From a bacterium (GTDB taxonomy: Bacteria; Zixibacteria; MSB-5A5; GN15; FEB-12): DNA of 64,000 nt. The stretch's first letter is position 1; the number at the start of each line of letters is the position of its first letter. The position numbers were made by a program, and so were the translations under genes. Below are positions 61,007 to 64,000 of this stretch, piece by piece. The notes beneath the pieces were generated by a model. The model had not been told where the DNA came from and did not search any database. It saw nothing but the letters and a program-made list of their open reading frames with translations. The stretch lies in contig JBDRES010000069.1 of the NCBI GenBank assembly GCA_043819515.1, positions 35,722-99,721 of the forward strand, read 5' to 3'.

Positions 61007-61654
61007 ATGAGAAGAGAAATTCCACTATTTATCACAGCGGTTGTCGGCATCGGTTTTGTCCTTCAGTACTTCATACCCCATTTCCCGTTCGGCAATCTGA
61101 GCAACTGGTTCTCCGACTGGTTTTCGATTGTCGGCGCCTGCGCGATCATTCTCGGCGCTCTCAACCTGCTCAAGGTGTCGGCGGAGAAGGCGTACAAGAA
61201 GCAAAGCGATTGGGGCTACGCGGTCGTAATCATCCTGTCATTCCTGATTATCGTATACATCGGTTTGAGTTCCGGTAAGGGATTCCGCGATACCGCCGGA
61301 TGGTCCTGGATGTACAACTTCGTTTACATACCGCTTTCCGCGACGATGTTTTCAATTCTGGCCTTTTTTGTGGCCTCCGCTTCCTATCGCGCTTTCCGCG
61401 CCAGAAACTTCGAGGCCACACTCCTTTTGGTCGCTGCCTTTTTTGTGATGTTGGGACGGGTACCGTTCGGCGATGTGCTTTCCGGATTCATGCCGGAAGG
61501 GGCGCGTTTGTCGGACCTGGCTTCCTGGGTTATGAACTATCCTCAGGCGGCCGGTCAGAGGGCCATCATGATTGGTATCGGCCTCGGCATTGTCTCGACT
61601 TCGCTGAGGATTATCCTCGGGATTGAGCGATCTCACATAGGTGGGGGGAAATAG
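61007..61654 (+). CDS. Polytopic membrane protein (cassette gene B)
   Basis: 215 aa with about 6 predicted TM helices. No motif recognised. Confidence 0.5.
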   Translation: MRREIPLFITAVVGIGFVLQYFIPHFPFGNLSNWFSDWFSIVGACAIILGALNLLKVSAEKAYKKQSDWGYAVVIILSFLIIVYIGLSSGKGFRDTAGWSWMYNFVYIPLSATMFSILAFFVASASYRAFRARNFEATLLLVAAFFVMLGRVPFGDVLSGFMPEGARLSDLASWVMNYPQAAGQRAIMIGIGLGIVSTSLRIILGIERSHIGGGK

Positions 61655-61657
61655 ATT

Positions 61658-62665
61658 ATGAATACACGAGTCAAAGAGATTATCGCCCTCATCGCCATCG
61701 CTGTTTTTTGCATAGTCTTCTATTTCGGCAAGGTCAGTGGCTGGGAACCGATTGAGTTCTCTCCGCTGGTGTCGACTGTTGTGATAGGTCTCCTGGGTTT
61801 GTCCATGATCTGGATCCTTATCCTGACTCTCCAGGGGAAACTCATCGAACGGCGGGTCGTATTCCTGTATGTCGGCGTGGCGGTGTCGCTGCCGCTGTTC
61901 ATGACCATTACTCAGAAGATCGTGGTCTCGCCGGAAGTGACTTCGCTGCACCAGGCGATGGAGGCACTCCAGCCGGGATCGCGAGTGTTGGTATCGTTTG
62001 ACTATGATCCCCCTTCGGCTCCGGAGTTGCAGCCGATGGCCGAGTCGGTGCTGCGGTTTTGCTTTGAGCGCGATCTCAAGGTGATCATCATGGGGTTGTG
62101 GCCACAAGGACCGGATCAAGCCAATCTGGCTTTGGACAAGGTGCTGGCCGAGGAGACTATCGCGGCCAAGGGCCTGGAGTATGGAGTTGATTACGTCAAT
62201 TTGGGCTTCCAGACGGGCAATGAATTCGTGATTCAGCGCATGGGGACGAGTTTCAAATCGATGTTCCCGACCGATTACGCCGGTACCCTGTACGATGAAC
62301 TTCCGCTGGTGCGCAATGTCAAGAATTTCTCCAACATTGATTTCGGTTTCAACCTCTCTTCCGGTTTCCCGGGATCGGTGGAATGGGTGCAGATTGCCGT
62401 CGATCGTTTCGGGATGCTTCTGGGCATTGGCAACACGGCGGTTCAAGCGCCGGTTATGTATGCTTACCTTGATGCGGGACAGCTGACCGGAATCCTGGGA
62501 GGAATGAGCGGTGCCGCCGAGTTTGAGAAAGCCTGTAAGATAGCCGGCAAGGCGACCAAGTTTATGCTCTCACAGTCTTTTGCGCACATGGTCGTCATCG
62601 CGTTTGTAATCATCGGAAACATCGCCTTCTTCATCGGCGGTCGAAAAACAGCCCTGGGCAAGTAG
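61658..62665 (+). CDS. Membrane protein with large extracytoplasmic domain between N- and C-terminal TM helices (cassette gene C)
   Basis: 335 aa: three N-terminal TM helices, a soluble domain of about 200 aa and a C-terminal TM helix (MVVIAFVIIGNIAFFIGG). Topology resembles ABC-transporter auxiliary / GldG-like proteins. Confidence 0.5.
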   Translation: MNTRVKEIIALIAIAVFCIVFYFGKVSGWEPIEFSPLVSTVVIGLLGLSMIWILILTLQGKLIERRVVFLYVGVAVSLPLFMTITQKIVVSPEVTSLHQAMEALQPGSRVLVSFDYDPPSAPELQPMAESVLRFCFERDLKVIIMGLWPQGPDQANLALDKVLAEETIAAKGLEYGVDYVNLGFQTGNEFVIQRMGTSFKSMFPTDYAGTLYDELPLVRNVKNFSNIDFGFNLSSGFPGSVEWVQIAVDRFGMLLGIGNTAVQAPVMYAYLDAGQLTGILGGMSGAAEFEKACKIAGKATKFMLSQSFAHMVVIAFVIIGNIAFFIGGRKTALGK

Positions 62666-62683
62666 GCGGGAGCGAGCATAGAT

Positions 62684-63367
62684 ATGGAACATTTTTCTCT
62701 CTGGTTGGCCGCTTTCTTGACTATCGGGATTATCTCCTTCCTCTATAAGGACAACCCGTGGTACAAACTATGTGAAGCGATTTTCGTGGGGGTATCGGCC
62801 GGTTATTGGGTAGTGGTGCTGTTCTGGGACAATCTGGTCGGCAAGCTGGTTGAGGGCGTTTTCCCTCCCGAAGTGCTGAACGAGGCCGGACAAATGGTGC
62901 CGACTGCCGAGGCCGACTATACGCTGCTGATCGGGGGTGTGCTGGGTCTGCTCATGTTGCTTCGTTTGGTACCCAAGATCGGTTGGTTGTCACGCTGGTC
63001 GCTGGCCTTCATCGTTGGTGCCACGGCCGGGCTCTGGATGATGAACTACATGGCGTCGAATATCATGGCCCAGACGCAGGCCACTATTTTGCCGCTGTTG
63101 TCGGTTGAGTTTGGATCCGGCTTTGATGCCACCATAGGTATCATTATCGGCCGTCTCGTGATTGTGGTCGGCACTGTGACGGGGCTGATCTACTTTTTCT
63201 TCAGCAAGGAGCACACCGGTGCTTTTGGCGGCGCTGCCCGGGTCGGGATATTCTTCCTGATGATTACTTTCGGTGCCTCGTTTGGGTATACCGTCATGAG
63301 TCGTATGTCGCTGCTGATCGGCCGAATTGACTTCCTCCTTCACGATTGGCTGGGGATGATCAATTAG
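62684..63367 (+). CDS. Polytopic membrane protein (cassette gene D)
   Basis: 227 aa with about 6 TM helices. Confidence 0.5.
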   Translation: MEHFSLWLAAFLTIGIISFLYKDNPWYKLCEAIFVGVSAGYWVVVLFWDNLVGKLVEGVFPPEVLNEAGQMVPTAEADYTLLIGGVLGLLMLLRLVPKIGWLSRWSLAFIVGATAGLWMMNYMASNIMAQTQATILPLLSVEFGSGFDATIGIIIGRLVIVVGTVTGLIYFFFSKEHTGAFGGAARVGIFFLMITFGASFGYTVMSRMSLLIGRIDFLLHDWLGMIN

Positions 63368-64000
63368 TGAAGGTACTCTCGAAGGACACGACCCATTTAC
63401 TCCAGCACTCCTGGCTAGTTGCGCTGATCGCATTACTGGGCCTGCTCCCGGCGTGGTCGCCGCCCGCCCTGGCCCAGGAAATCGATGCTGCTGCTGTCTC
63501 TGCGGTCCCGGACAGCACTCTGGCGCAAGTGGCGCCGCCTACCTCGGTGGTGGCCAGGGACTTCAAGTACGACAACGGCGAGGCACTCGATCTGAGCTGG
63601 GTACCCTCGATAGATGACCAGTTGCAGGACAGCCCCGTCATGGGCTACAAAGTGTACCGTATCGCCGACGGCTCCGAACCCCAAGAGATCGCCAGTTTGC
63701 CGCCGAGAGCCAATTCGTTTCATGATGATGGCGTCGAGCTCGGTCATGAATATCGTTACTATGTCGCTACCGTCGGTGGTCAGGCCGAGTATCCCTCGGT
63801 GATAACGGCGCCACTGTCGCCCCAGTGGGAAATGGTGAACCTGAATCTGGGCTACCTGTTCTTGATGGCCTTGATTATCGGGGGAGCCGTGCTCTTTTAC
63901 ATCATCTGGGCCCAGACAGGCAAGACGCTCTTTGTCCGCCGGATAGCCGGACTGGAGGCCGTTGACGATGCTATCGGGCGAGCCACTGAGATGGGTCGGC
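63367..64000 (+). CDS. FN3-like single-pass membrane protein, paralog of 59746..60999 (cassette gene A2, 3'-truncated by window end)
   Basis: GTG start overlapping the upstream stop (TAGTG). Not in the supplied ORF track. Signal peptide VKVLSKD..LVALIALLGLLPAWSPPALAQE, then LDLSWVP..YKVYRI..YRYYVATV (FN3-like), a TM helix and TLFVRRIAGLEAVDDAIGRATEMG, which is near-identical to the motif in A1. Confidence 0.5.
   Translation, partial: MKVLSKDTTHLLQHSWLVALIALLGLLPAWSPPALAQEIDAAAVSAVPDSTLAQVAPPTSVVARDFKYDNGEALDLSWVPSIDDQLQDSPVMGYKVYRIADGSEPQEIASLPPRANSFHDDGVELGHEYRYYVATVGGQAEYPSVITAPLSPQWEMVNLNLGYLFLMALIIGGAVLFYIIWAQTGKTLFVRRIAGLEAVDDAIGRATEMGR

Noticed and set aside
63614-63802. 62-aa ORF from the track near the window end
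   Set aside because: It is out of frame relative to the GTG-initiated paralog of gene A1, which shows strong protein-level similarity to 59746-60999.

Overview
High-GC (about 60%) bacterial chromosomal window containing roughly 56 protein-coding genes. It is mostly core functions arranged in tightly overlapping operons:
- fur-feoAB, ecfT-truA-tal-purB-psd-pssA-purSQ-tatA
- dusB and an orphan etfA
- a murI-amidase-smpB operon, then ligA
- a tolQRAB-pal-ybgF cluster

Several accessory or unusual loci are present:
- Two large secreted peptidases (S8 subtilase and M6 InhA-like) whose C-terminal domains match type IX secretion sorting signals. Together with PorV/PorQ-like outer-membrane barrels, this suggests an FCB-superphylum-like organism.
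- A CHASE2-sensor Ser/Thr kinase, PPP-type phosphatase and double-FHA operon.
- A lipoprotein with multiheme cytochrome c motifs fused to PKD repeats.
- An 843-aa SPFH (YdjI-like) protein fused to three zinc ribbons.
- A low-GC two-gene insert (a 4-TM protein plus a degenerate metallo-beta-lactamase-fold hydrolase), lying next to a family of palindromic REP-like hairpin repeats (5 copies).
- At the 3' end, a cassette of three polytopic membrane proteins flanked by two paralogous FN3-like single-pass proteins, preceded by a 600-bp non-coding leader.

No rRNA, tRNA, CRISPR array, transposase or integrase was recognised. Most long antisense ORFs in the supplied track are artefacts of the high GC content.
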